From contig JBLMZI010000001.1 in the NCBI GenBank assembly GCA_050258755.1, positions 73,833-137,832 on the forward strand: DNA of 64,000 nucleotides, read 5' to 3'. The notes under the pieces are model-generated. The model was not told the DNA's origin and ran no database searches. It saw only the letters and a program-made list of their open reading frames with translations. This DNA comes from Solirubrobacterales bacterium. Lineage in GTDB: Bacteria; Bacillota; Syntrophomonadia; Syntrophomonadales; DTU052. Both the position numbers and the translations under genes were made by a program. Positions 9,501 through 18,061 of this stretch are shown piece after piece (position 1 is the first letter of the stretch; each line of letters begins with the position of its first letter).

Positions 9501-12307
9501 TGGCGACCAGCAGTCCGGTCATCTATTCCATCACGCCCGACCACGGCTCCACGGGGATCAAAGCCGTCGTTTACGGAGACGATTTCCATTTCCTGACCGT
9601 TGCCGGCGGGGTTTCCCTGTCACCGGCGACGGTGACGCTGACTCACTCGGTGTACGGCCCGGTTGTCTTTGAAACGGTTTACGACACCGTTTATTTGCCG
9701 ACCGATCTGGGCAAAGCCTGGGTGAAGAATGAAAACACGATTGAATTGATGATTCCGCCGTTCCTGGTTTCCGGGCAGCCGCGGGCCGGACAGTGTACCT
9801 TGACGGTCCGCAACCGGGACAACGTGGTGGCTACGGCGCCGATGACGTTTAATTATCAGGTACCGATGAGCACGCCGAATATCCGAACCATCGAGCCCGG
9901 ATTCGGCTCAACCAGCGGCGGCAATCTGGTGACCGTGACCGGAGACAATTTCTTTACCGATGACTTCTCATTGATTATTGGCGGAAATGAAGCCGCCATT
10001 GTGACACCGGTCGCCGATGTGGCGGGAACAACCTATCAAAAAGTCGTCGTGATGAGCCCGCCGTCCGCGACGGCAGGCTTCGTTGATGTAACAGCCTTGA
10101 ATTACGATGGCGGGTTTTCCTCGGTGCATAATGGATTCAATTATACGATTTCCAATGCCAATCCGACCATTTCAAGTATTGCGCCGAATACAGGCTCTTC
10201 ATCCGGGGGTACCGATTTGGTGATCACAGGCACGATGTTTGCCGTGCCGACGGTTATCGGCGGGGTTTATTACCCGCTGGTTACGATCGGCGGAATCCCG
10301 GCCGTCTTTGACCCGGCGACCTACCGGGTCAGCCAAAACCGGCTTGAGGTTACCACACCGCCGTACATGGGTTCCGGGCCGGTTGATGTGATTATTACCA
10401 ATCCCGACGGCGGGTCCTGCAGGAGCACGTTTAACTACAGTGCGGCGAATATGACGGTTACATCGTTTTTGCCGAACAAGATTGCAAACAAGCAGTATCC
10501 GACTTTCAAAGTCATCAAAGGGACCGGCTTTATGCCCCCAATGTTGTTTAACGGACAGACGGTTGCGACCAAGGCCTATCTGCGGTATCCGGCCAGTGGG
10601 ACGCCGACCGTCGAATACCTGGTTTATAACGGGACGTCGCCGACTGGGATGACCAATATTCCGATCAGCAGCACTGTTTATATGTCGGTCTATAATTATG
10701 AAGTGGTCAGCGGCACCCAGATCAATATCGTGCTGCCCAAACTAGCCGCTTCGGACCGGATCGGAAGCTGGACCTTGCGCCTGGTTAATCCGGACAATAC
10801 CTACATCGATATTCCGATCACTTATATCAGCACCAGCTATTTGCCGCTGGTCGATCTTCCGGTCGATCCGAATCAGGGATCGGTCACGGGCGGCGCGCCT
10901 GTCATCATCCGAGGGTCGGGATTCCAGGTCGGTGTGAAGGTCATGTTTGGGAGCCACGAAGCCACATCGGTGACGGTGAACGCCGATGGCACACAGATGA
11001 CGGTTATCGTCCCAGCCGGCACCGAGGAGGATATTGGCGTAGTAGACATGGCCGTCATGAACCCCGACGGCGGGCAGGTCTTCCTGCCGGATGCGTTTAC
11101 GTATCTTCCACAGGAAAGCAATCCGACGATTACGGCGATAACGCCGTCCGAAGGTCCGACCGCCGGCGGCACCGAGGTAACCATCACCGGATCTCAGTTT
11201 GCGCCTGGCTGCTCAGTCTATCTGGGGACCGAGCGGATAACGACGCCGGTCACGGTTTCAGGGCGGGGTGATTCGATCAAGTTTACCACGCCGGCTCATA
11301 ACCCGGGACAGGTCGATGTCATTGTGAAAAACCCATCCCCGGCCTATGGCGAAGGAAAGAAAGAAAAAGGCTTTACCTTTAAAGGCGCGCCTCCGATGGG
11401 GGCAGGGCTTTTTAAAGCCGAAGTGGTCGCCAAGAGTGCGATTAAGCTGACCTGGCCCAAGGTGACCGGCGCGACCAATTATGAGATCTCGGTCAAAGTT
11501 GACAATCAGACCGAATGGCGGCATCTGATCGATAGCCAGGATTCGGAGTATTATATCTACAAATTTAAGACCGGGAGTTACTATTTCCGGCTGCGGACCA
11601 CGAACGCGGACGGTTCGTCTGCGGAGATCGACTGTACGCCGTCCCCGCTGCGGATTGTGTCCTCGGATATCGAAGACGTTACCAAGACCGGGGATATTCA
11701 GGAGTTCAGCGATCAGGCCAGTGTAGGTTCGGACGGCCGGCTCGTCGTCAGTGTTGGCAAGGACATCACCATTGCGACGGGAACCAATTATATCGTCAAT
11801 TTGAACGACGAACAGCGGAGAGCCATTGCGCTGAAGCTGCTGATCCCGATTGAGGGTATCGACCAGGCGTCAACCAAGACCGTGGTTGTCCAGGCGAACA
11901 ATTTCGCCCTGTACGTGCCGCTCACGGCATTGAACACCTTTGAATATCAGCAGAAACGAATCAAAGGGGACAGTGCCTACGTGGAGATCGATTTGCTTCC
12001 GATTGAACCGCGGATCCTGGAGACCGCGTCGCTGAACCGGGGATACCGGGCTTACGGCGGGTTTACCATGCGGTCTTCCCTCAACGGTTCAATGGCAACA
12101 ACACCGCTGACATACTACAATTCAATCCTGTCAGTGAATTGGAAAATCGCAACTCCGAGCAGCGGCCTTGTTCCAATGATCATGGACCGCGGCGGCAAGC
12201 GCTGGCTCAACGCTTCCGGTTCCCCGCTCGGGGGGCACACGGGTTATGCGGTCGGTGTCGCGAAACCGGATGATTACGTATTCTTTACCACGCAAAGGAC
12301 GCGATAA
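6587..12307 (+). CDS. Giant secreted cell-surface protein with at least 12 IPT/TIG-like repeats, one fibronectin type III domain and a C-terminal domain of unknown type
   Basis: 1906-aa ORF with a GGGGAGGG RBS. The signal-like N-terminus reads ALLMLFFMLFSVLNTFIIPPEPVSA. Repeated motifs include ITSVSPAQGLMAGGTDIVITGSGF, IRTIEPGFGSTSGGNLVTVTGDNF, ISSIAPNTGSSSGGTDLVITGTMF and ITAITPSEGPTAGGTEVTITGSQF. The FN3-like segment reads IKLTWPKVTGATNYEISV...YYFRLRTTNADGSS. Confidence 0.9.
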   Translation: MFSMQSCLNKSHRTALLMLFFMLFSVLNTFIIPPEPVSAAITGVSTTKVSVSGLTSIRIDATPGTFDWSGPAPTVQFSFDPAGYGTITRTATEGDDGYLVVQVPARPNGNVLSVRQLKVTCNGVTLPSYTVTLTYIKDPVISNIYQRLEANVTGYSRVGGGYTFQLTPATPSRVLYLEGPGLETATVVYAHRMVGAAEQIADEIPVTTENLIYGSIAIPYNPGYMVGNFVYFEVKNAANASFSSAPTNYSALTMPSITSFDGNPENLVGLQNLTINGSGFSTTDSQNQVLINNTQLSDAAVTTNPGGTSLGVVVPDPPTSGSGKSIEIRVNKPSGLFDTQILYKNALTINKRPPNLVLHPPLLPNVGMVSGGTKVLMAIEGYDTNTKIYFGNRQATSVQQYTGTVPSYYGWPTGPGVTVLEVTTPASENAQEGRVDIRVENSLYPTVLYDVEAGAFMYTAQAQYLQLTDLSELTGLATGGEAVTLQNNFIKFRSNTASTTDYVADGRYVVGQDGKGRIYGTVYALPRDGSGNIDPALKFSNSTNHIFIRETYPNYRLEDGSTINLVVYSRLEVSFGSSAAKIRSFANFAATNRQMLNVITGPYSLGPNELFKQVDVRANVIEYMYTDAGQYMGPTNDMPFSGFSSSSSTIPPKYFLYKKATSSPAITALAPGALSWKDVGTPRQLAISGWDFFSGCTVHFKSPGRPDVTITDNGSNMLFQPTGVVDGNGRVQKVLTLLDPPDLPLFQSNITTVMVQVVNSDNAATNEFSLTLTSAPKIDDVQPGFGPVGGGNRVCITGSDFYYNPSVWLRVPGVAGTVYAQDVVVLDTDFVPLTNVSIVPGTRILFTTPAAVGGWALPDSFDVIVYNTDTGQYTSKEDYAIHPAPASDPAITSVSPAQGLMAGGTDIVITGSGFQPSAIATIDGVAITNPVVTPTRITGKTPRGSRANVPVPVQVMNPNGGYDIQNNYMYYLATSSPVIYSITPDHGSTGIKAVVYGDDFHFLTVAGGVSLSPATVTLTHSVYGPVVFETVYDTVYLPTDLGKAWVKNENTIELMIPPFLVSGQPRAGQCTLTVRNRDNVVATAPMTFNYQVPMSTPNIRTIEPGFGSTSGGNLVTVTGDNFFTDDFSLIIGGNEAAIVTPVADVAGTTYQKVVVMSPPSATAGFVDVTALNYDGGFSSVHNGFNYTISNANPTISSIAPNTGSSSGGTDLVITGTMFAVPTVIGGVYYPLVTIGGIPAVFDPATYRVSQNRLEVTTPPYMGSGPVDVIITNPDGGSCRSTFNYSAANMTVTSFLPNKIANKQYPTFKVIKGTGFMPPMLFNGQTVATKAYLRYPASGTPTVEYLVYNGTSPTGMTNIPISSTVYMSVYNYEVVSGTQINIVLPKLAASDRIGSWTLRLVNPDNTYIDIPITYISTSYLPLVDLPVDPNQGSVTGGAPVIIRGSGFQVGVKVMFGSHEATSVTVNADGTQMTVIVPAGTEEDIGVVDMAVMNPDGGQVFLPDAFTYLPQESNPTITAITPSEGPTAGGTEVTITGSQFAPGCSVYLGTERITTPVTVSGRGDSIKFTTPAHNPGQVDVIVKNPSPAYGEGKKEKGFTFKGAPPMGAGLFKAEVVAKSAIKLTWPKVTGATNYEISVKVDNQTEWRHLIDSQDSEYYIYKFKTGSYYFRLRTTNADGSSAEIDCTPSPLRIVSSDIEDVTKTGDIQEFSDQASVGSDGRLVVSVGKDITIATGTNYIVNLNDEQRRAIALKLLIPIEGIDQASTKTVVVQANNFALYVPLTALNTFEYQQKRIKGDSAYVEIDLLPIEPRILETASLNRGYRAYGGFTMRSSLNGSMATTPLTYYNSILSVNWKIATPSSGLVPMIMDRGGKRWLNASGSPLGGHTGYAVGVAKPDDYVFFTTQRTR

Positions 12308-12309
12308 CT

Positions 12310-14865
12310 ATGATCAGAAGACCGAAAAAGCCATTCGTCGTTTTGCTCGCTTTGTTCCTGCTGGCCGCGATCTTTCCGGTAATGCCTGAGACGGCTGTTG
12401 CGGAGGGACCGGTGTATTATGGATCGACCGGTACCAACGATCTATATCGCAGTCTGGTTCAATCCGATGTCAACAATCATTGGTCCAAACAACCGGTCTA
12501 TCACATGGCCGCGCTTGGCGTGATTCGCGGGGTCAATGGAAAGTTCCTGCCGAATGCCAAGGTGTCAAAGGAACAGGCGCTTGCCATGATTACTGGATTC
12601 ATGGGAAAAAATGCCGATGCGGCGGCACTGGCAGAGAAAAACCCGTTGCTGGCACCGCCGACCAATCGCAGTGTTTGGTCTGAAGGCTATCTGCTTTATG
12701 CCCAGAGCCTGGGTCTGCTCACCGAGCAGCAACGCTGGGTGGACAACTGGAAAGCGAACGCGACCCGGGAGGATGTCGCTTACTGGATCGGGAAAGCACT
12801 TGCATATACTCCGGTTTTCGGGCACGAGATGCAAAGCGTTCCCAGTTTTACGGATTCAGGCCAGTTCACCCCGGAACGGGCGCCGTACTGCGAGCCGGTC
12901 ATCGCAGACCGGATCATGAGCGGGCGGACCGCTAGTCAGTTTGCGCCCAAAGGCACCATTACCCGGGGCGAGATTTGCTCGGTTCTTGACCGGGCTGCCG
13001 TGGGTTATCTGACCCAAAAAAGAGGGTTTAAGACCGACAGTGGAACGGTTGTCTATGTTGATTCCGCAGGGGTTGTTACCGCCGGCGGGGTACCGGGCAA
13101 CAATCGAACGGTTTACCATTTAATCGGAGACAATGAAAACCAATTTTCGATGATTAAGGAATATGTCAACGGTGTGCCTCGTGATTTCCTGGTCATTAAG
13201 GATGGTTCTCCACGAAAAGGCGACCAACTGGCAGTCGGGGATAATGTTGAGTTGATGCTGAGCGACAAAGGCCAGATTATATGGGCCGGAGTCGAAGGCT
13301 ACTCTCCATCGGCGATGTTTGTCACCCTGGAGAACGTCGATTTAGCCAATAAAACGCTGGGAGTACGAACTCCCGCGAATGCCCGGATGAACATTCCGTA
13401 TCTTCCCACTACGACAATCAGCCTGGATGGGTATCCCGGCAAGATTGAAGACTTGATTGGCGGCCAGACGCTGACGCTGAAGATGACCAATAACAAAATA
13501 ACAGGGATTGATGGGTCTTCCGGCTATATTTACTCGACTGCCGACTACAAACCAGTCAAGACAGTATTCGGGACTTTGCTCAGCCGGACGGCCATTCAGC
13601 TTGAGCTTCGGGATGATACCAACACAATCCGCACCATCACCTATACAGCAAATACGCAATTTGTGCGTCAGAGCCGCACGGTCCAATGGAGCGACCTGCA
13701 GGCTGGCGATTATATGAAGCTGTACCTGGACGGCGCCAACAGCGACAAGGCGTACCGGGTTGAAGTTACCTCAATGCGGAACGCGGTCACAGGGGTTTAC
13801 AAAGCCCGGCTCCAGTCGGTGGATGTCAGCAATAACCGGTTGCAGCTCTACGAAGTCAGGAAATACAGCCATGGGGACTGGCAGGCGCCGACCAGTTTCA
13901 CATCCCTCCCGGTGGCAGTCGGAGCCGAACTCTATGACAATGGGAAAATGATTACGCTGGAAGAACTCAAGAATTCTTATAAAGAAGGGGAAATGTACCT
14001 GGCGACCAGCAGCTCGTACGGCACGGAAACGGTCACTAAGCTGAACTATAAAACCGATGCCGAGCGCAAATACAGCGGAAAGATTGTCGGAATCAACCCG
14101 AACCTCAACAGCATGTCCGTGGAACAGGTGCCGACCGAGGTCAAGACGGACAATGGGACCATCATCCTGAAAGACAACAAGCTTGGGACCATCAACTCGC
14201 TTTCGGCCAACGAGCAAGGGGTCTTCTTCACCAACGATGATGGTACCGCTCGGGAGGCCCGATTCATTTCGGTCGAAACGGTGAATGTGCCGACCCTGAC
14301 GATCTACCGCGGCCGCTTCAACAAAGTCCGTCAAGAGTTCTTTGTGATTGACAGTTATGCGGTAATGACCAACAACCAGTTTGATTCCGACCGGACTTCG
14401 AGTTCGGAATCCACATTCTATATGACCAACGAAACCGGATATCTGAACGGGATGGTTTCGAACAACGTATACAGCCTGACCCGTAGCGAATTCACCAACA
14501 ACGGGATGACCGGGAGCTACAATACCGCCGAGACGTATGTGGTCAGCGACGGCACCAATGCTATCGCCGCCAACATCACGAAAAGGGTGTACGCGGATAT
14601 CACGACAAGGGAGTATACGGGAGAGCGGGTCAGTGCCGGAACGGTGATGACAGTGGGAGGCGGCACGGCCACGATCACCGCTCTGAAGGATTGGGAAGGC
14701 TTCCAGAACCAGTGGTCGCTGCAGTCTTCCTCCGCAACCTTGAACCTCAAGAGCGCGGTAATCATCAAGGATAAGAAACCGATTGCTCTGGCGGACTTGA
14801 AGGCCGGAGATTCGGTCTACATTCTGCGGTCGGGCATGTTCGGCCTGGTCGTGATCGTGCAATAA
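12310..14865 (+). CDS. SLH-domain envelope protein (N-terminal signal peptide and SLH repeats, with a long beta-rich C-terminal region)
   Basis: 851-aa ORF starting 2 nt after the preceding stop. The signal-like N-terminus reads VVLLALFLLAAIFPVMPETAVA. SLH-like segments include WSKQPVYHMAALGVIRGVNGKFLPNAKVSKEQALAMI and FAPKGTITRGEICSVLDRA. Confidence 0.8.
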   Translation: MIRRPKKPFVVLLALFLLAAIFPVMPETAVAEGPVYYGSTGTNDLYRSLVQSDVNNHWSKQPVYHMAALGVIRGVNGKFLPNAKVSKEQALAMITGFMGKNADAAALAEKNPLLAPPTNRSVWSEGYLLYAQSLGLLTEQQRWVDNWKANATREDVAYWIGKALAYTPVFGHEMQSVPSFTDSGQFTPERAPYCEPVIADRIMSGRTASQFAPKGTITRGEICSVLDRAAVGYLTQKRGFKTDSGTVVYVDSAGVVTAGGVPGNNRTVYHLIGDNENQFSMIKEYVNGVPRDFLVIKDGSPRKGDQLAVGDNVELMLSDKGQIIWAGVEGYSPSAMFVTLENVDLANKTLGVRTPANARMNIPYLPTTTISLDGYPGKIEDLIGGQTLTLKMTNNKITGIDGSSGYIYSTADYKPVKTVFGTLLSRTAIQLELRDDTNTIRTITYTANTQFVRQSRTVQWSDLQAGDYMKLYLDGANSDKAYRVEVTSMRNAVTGVYKARLQSVDVSNNRLQLYEVRKYSHGDWQAPTSFTSLPVAVGAELYDNGKMITLEELKNSYKEGEMYLATSSSYGTETVTKLNYKTDAERKYSGKIVGINPNLNSMSVEQVPTEVKTDNGTIILKDNKLGTINSLSANEQGVFFTNDDGTAREARFISVETVNVPTLTIYRGRFNKVRQEFFVIDSYAVMTNNQFDSDRTSSSESTFYMTNETGYLNGMVSNNVYSLTRSEFTNNGMTGSYNTAETYVVSDGTNAIAANITKRVYADITTREYTGERVSAGTVMTVGGGTATITALKDWEGFQNQWSLQSSSATLNLKSAVIIKDKKPIALADLKAGDSVYILRSGMFGLVVIVQ

Positions 14866-14919
14866 ACGGCGAATGATTTGTTATATGGACTTTAGCGTGC
14901 CGTTATCAAGGGAGTCGAT

Positions 14920-16398
14920 TTGAAGATGAAAAAGCTGTTTGCAATGCTGCTGATGCCGCTGTTTTTCCTCCTGCCGAATCCGGTAGCGGCTCAGCCGGGC
15001 TATGAAATGGGAATCACCGATTCCCAGCAGTATACCGAAGTGGTGTACATCGGCGGCAGCCCGGTCGTTTTTCGCGGCACCGTGAAGATTGCCACCAAGC
15101 AAAAAGGGAGCAGCGCGCAGACATCGCTGACCTATAAACTGACCGGCGGGACCAAAGCCGATACGCTGTCCCGTTCGGTTAAGCTGGACAGCACGATTAC
15201 CCAGAATGAAAGCCAGGAACGGTACGATACTAAGCTGTCCTCGATTACCGAGAGCATTCAGGTCGCGGGGCAGAAGCTGAAGCTGAATAAAGAAGGGAAC
15301 TTCTTTACCGCTTCGAAAGTCATTGATCACACAGCGGCGGTCGACTATTATACCGAGAATTGGTCGATGCGGCGTTCCTACACGGTAGGGACCAATGTCT
15401 ACTTGATTACGCTTGAAGGCGCCGGGATTACGGAAGGGTACAGCAATGCCTGGGGGCAGGGCTCGACCACGACCAGCGACATGCGCGCCACCAGCCTGGA
15501 TTTAGGCTCCAATCTAACAGCCTGGGAAGGTGCCGTCAGTTCGGTGGATAATGCTGTAACCGGGCGGGATCTGCGCTATTTAGCAAGCCGTCCTGAACTA
15601 ACCAGTTTTTCGGGCGGCTTTTTGGATGAGTCCAACAGTGAGGAAAGCATCAACGTTAACTACGATTTGCCGAAAGTCACAGCCGGCATTGCTGATAACG
15701 CGACGCGCAATCGCGGGAGTCTGTCTCTGAATATGAAAACCCCACCGGCGCAGCGGCGGCTGTTCGTCGGCCAGTTTAAGGATATCAAGGGACATTGGGC
15801 GCAGACCCAGATTGAAGCCATGTCCGGACTGGGCGCGTTCTCCGTGAAGGGGGACTTCTTTGGCCCGGGTTATGCCGCGCGGCGTGAGGACTTGGCCCGC
15901 GGGCTGGCAGTTGTCACCAATCTGGTGAAAGATGAGCCGGCCAAGAAAAACGTTTCGACCCGTAAACAGCCGGCGGCACCCCAGGATTTCGTTGACGTCC
16001 CGCCGACCGCCCCGAACTACAAGTATATCCAGGCGGTGTATACCCGCGGCGCGATGAAGGGAACCAATGCCGGCGTCTTTTCGCCGTATAAGGAGATTAC
16101 CCGGGCCGAAGCCGCCACGGTGCTGACCAACGCACTGGGTATGAAACGCTATGCGCCGGCCCCTAATGCGCCGGCTCCGACGCCATTTGTTGACGATGCC
16201 GACATTCCGGCCTGGGCGCGGGAGTCGGTCTATATCGCGTCCCAGATCGGTCTGATGCGGGGCGAGCAGGGCTCATTCCGCCCAAATGACGTGATGACCC
16301 GGGCCGAATTGGCGGTCATGCTCGATAACTACCGGCAGTATCTCAACCAGGATTTCCGGAAAGCTTACCGCGATCGACTCTATACCTTCAAGTCTTGA
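14920..16398 (+). CDS. Secreted protein with three C-terminal SLH domains
   Basis: 492-aa ORF with TTG at 14920 (alternative ATG at 14926). The signal peptide reads MKKLFAMLLMPLFFLLPNPVAAQP. SLH repeats include FKDIKGHWAQTQIEAMSGLG, FVDVPPTAPNYKYIQAVYTRGAMKG...ITRAEAATVL and FVDDADIPAWARESVYIASQIGLMRG...MTRAELAVML. Confidence 0.85.
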   Translation: MKMKKLFAMLLMPLFFLLPNPVAAQPGYEMGITDSQQYTEVVYIGGSPVVFRGTVKIATKQKGSSAQTSLTYKLTGGTKADTLSRSVKLDSTITQNESQERYDTKLSSITESIQVAGQKLKLNKEGNFFTASKVIDHTAAVDYYTENWSMRRSYTVGTNVYLITLEGAGITEGYSNAWGQGSTTTSDMRATSLDLGSNLTAWEGAVSSVDNAVTGRDLRYLASRPELTSFSGGFLDESNSEESINVNYDLPKVTAGIADNATRNRGSLSLNMKTPPAQRRLFVGQFKDIKGHWAQTQIEAMSGLGAFSVKGDFFGPGYAARREDLARGLAVVTNLVKDEPAKKNVSTRKQPAAPQDFVDVPPTAPNYKYIQAVYTRGAMKGTNAGVFSPYKEITRAEAATVLTNALGMKRYAPAPNAPAPTPFVDDADIPAWARESVYIASQIGLMRGEQGSFRPNDVMTRAELAVMLDNYRQYLNQDFRKAYRDRLYTFKS

Positions 16399-16410
16399 GG
16401 TGAAATAACC

Positions 16411-17916
16411 GTGCCCGGTATTTTCATGAAGCGAACGGGTTCGCGCATTGCAATGGCGGTTGGGGCCTGGGTCCTGCTCGTGCTGGTCATGGTTGGCGGC
16501 GCTTATTTCTGGGTGAACCAGATGTCTGAGCGGGCGAAACTGACGGCGATGATCAAATCGGGTCCGATCTCGCAGGAGACCAGCGTTTTCCCAAGCCCGG
16601 ACAAGACCCAGTATCAGATGGCCCTGTTCCTGGACGTGGGCCGCTCTGAATTGACCGGATCTTCGATGATCAGCACCCGGAATACCGCCGGTATGGAATT
16701 AAATGAAATCTGGGTGGGGACTTTTCCGAATACCATGAAAACGGCCGAAGGTACTCCGGCTCCCAGGGACGCTTATCCGTCCGGATTCAATCCGGGTTGG
16801 CTGACCGTGCAGCGGGTAACCGTTAACGGACTCCCGGCGGTCTTTGAGGATAAGGGCGCGGGGGGGAGGATTGTGCCGCACCGCCCAATACCGCCCGCAG
16901 TGCCGATTGTGATTGCCATGGAATGGAAGGCCCGCATTCCGAATGCCGCCTATCGATTTGGTACCCGGAACGGCATCTTCATGCTCGGCAACTTTTATCC
17001 CATTTTAAGTGTTCATGACGGTTCGGGCTGGCATCTGCCGGTCAATACGAAATATGGTGATCCGTTTTATGCTCAGTGCGCCGACTATCTGGTTCGGTTG
17101 ACCCTGCCGGACGGGTATGAGGTGGCATCTTCCGGGGTCGAAACGGAAAAAAACGCGTTGGACAATGGCCTGGTTACCGTTGATCTGCAGGCCGAGAACG
17201 CCCGTGATTTTGCGATTGCGGCGGTGAACGGCTGCTCGGAGCAGTCGATCCTGATGGACGGCGTCCAAATGTACAGTCTAACCCGGGCCGACGTCAAAAT
17301 CCGGCGTCAGGTCCTGCAGGCAGCTGCCGACTCGCTGAAGTTCTACAACAAAATGTTCGGCAAGTACCCATATAAGGAGCTGAAGCTGGTTCAAGTCCCG
17401 ATGAAAGGGTTTTCCGGGATGGAGTATTCGGGGATTGTTTTCATTTCGGACGATGTCTACAAGCCTGGATATGGCAAGACCCGCCGGACCCGGCTGGCAG
17501 CGCATGAGGTGGCACACCAGTGGTGGTACGGGATGGTCGGGAACGATCAGACCCGGGAACCCTGGCTGGATGAGGGATTGGCCTCGTGGTCAGCCGATAA
17601 CTTCATGGTCCAGGAAGAAGATTTACCGTCGGAACAGCTGAAGCAAACCGGCAGTCAAACGATGGATCGCGATTTGACCGCGTTTAAGGACCGGAAGCAG
17701 TACTACAATGCGGCCTACCGCGATGGTGCCGCCTTTTGGACCGGGCTGGAAGAGCAGCTGGGCGGCGGCGAGGTCAAGCGGCTGCTCCGAGCCTATGCGG
17801 AGCGATACAAATTCAAGACCGCGACCACCGAAGGGCTTCGCCGCCTGATCGTGATCGAGGCTGGCGAGGACATCCAACCGTATTTTAAACGCTGGTTCAA
17901 ACAGACGGAGAAATGA
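16411..17916 (+). CDS. Membrane-anchored M1-family (gluzincin) metallopeptidase
   Basis: 501-aa ORF with GAGGTGA 7 nt upstream of the GTG. The N-terminal TM segment reads IAMAVGAWVLLVLVMVGGAYFWV. The HEXXH-18-E signature reads HEVAHQWWYGMVGNDQTREPWLDEGLASW. Confidence 0.85.
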   Translation: MPGIFMKRTGSRIAMAVGAWVLLVLVMVGGAYFWVNQMSERAKLTAMIKSGPISQETSVFPSPDKTQYQMALFLDVGRSELTGSSMISTRNTAGMELNEIWVGTFPNTMKTAEGTPAPRDAYPSGFNPGWLTVQRVTVNGLPAVFEDKGAGGRIVPHRPIPPAVPIVIAMEWKARIPNAAYRFGTRNGIFMLGNFYPILSVHDGSGWHLPVNTKYGDPFYAQCADYLVRLTLPDGYEVASSGVETEKNALDNGLVTVDLQAENARDFAIAAVNGCSEQSILMDGVQMYSLTRADVKIRRQVLQAAADSLKFYNKMFGKYPYKELKLVQVPMKGFSGMEYSGIVFISDDVYKPGYGKTRRTRLAAHEVAHQWWYGMVGNDQTREPWLDEGLASWSADNFMVQEEDLPSEQLKQTGSQTMDRDLTAFKDRKQYYNAAYRDGAAFWTGLEEQLGGGEVKRLLRAYAERYKFKTATTEGLRRLIVIEAGEDIQPYFKRWFKQTEK

Positions 17917-17979
17917 GACGCAAACAGGGGGACGGCTTTGCGGAACCGCTAGGCCCGGTTTCGCCCGCTCCCGCTCGAA

Positions 17980-18008
17980 TTGACAAGCGGCCCGGCACGA
18001 TTTACCAT
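17980..18008 (+). promoter_or_regulatory. Candidate sigma-A promoter for argS
   Basis: TTGACA (17980..17985), a 17-nt spacer, then TACCAT (18003..18008). Confidence 0.35.
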
Positions 18009-18061
18009 AAGGAAGTGCATGTCTGCTTAACACCCGGGCACCACCAGGAGGTTATCCGTCT

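Noticed and set aside
8729-14862. Long minus-strand ORFs inside the envelope genes (8729..9589, 286 aa; 13771..14862, 363 aa; others)
   Set aside because: They are Arg/Gly/His/Asp-rich shadows of well-supported plus-strand genes in G+C-rich DNA. They have no RBS and no recognisable domains.
17917-18061. Possible T-box leader upstream of argS
   Set aside because: The spacer is only 145 nt. It has no T-box sequence (AANNNGGGTGGTACCGCG-like) and no specifier/terminator architecture that I can see. A simple promoter fits better.
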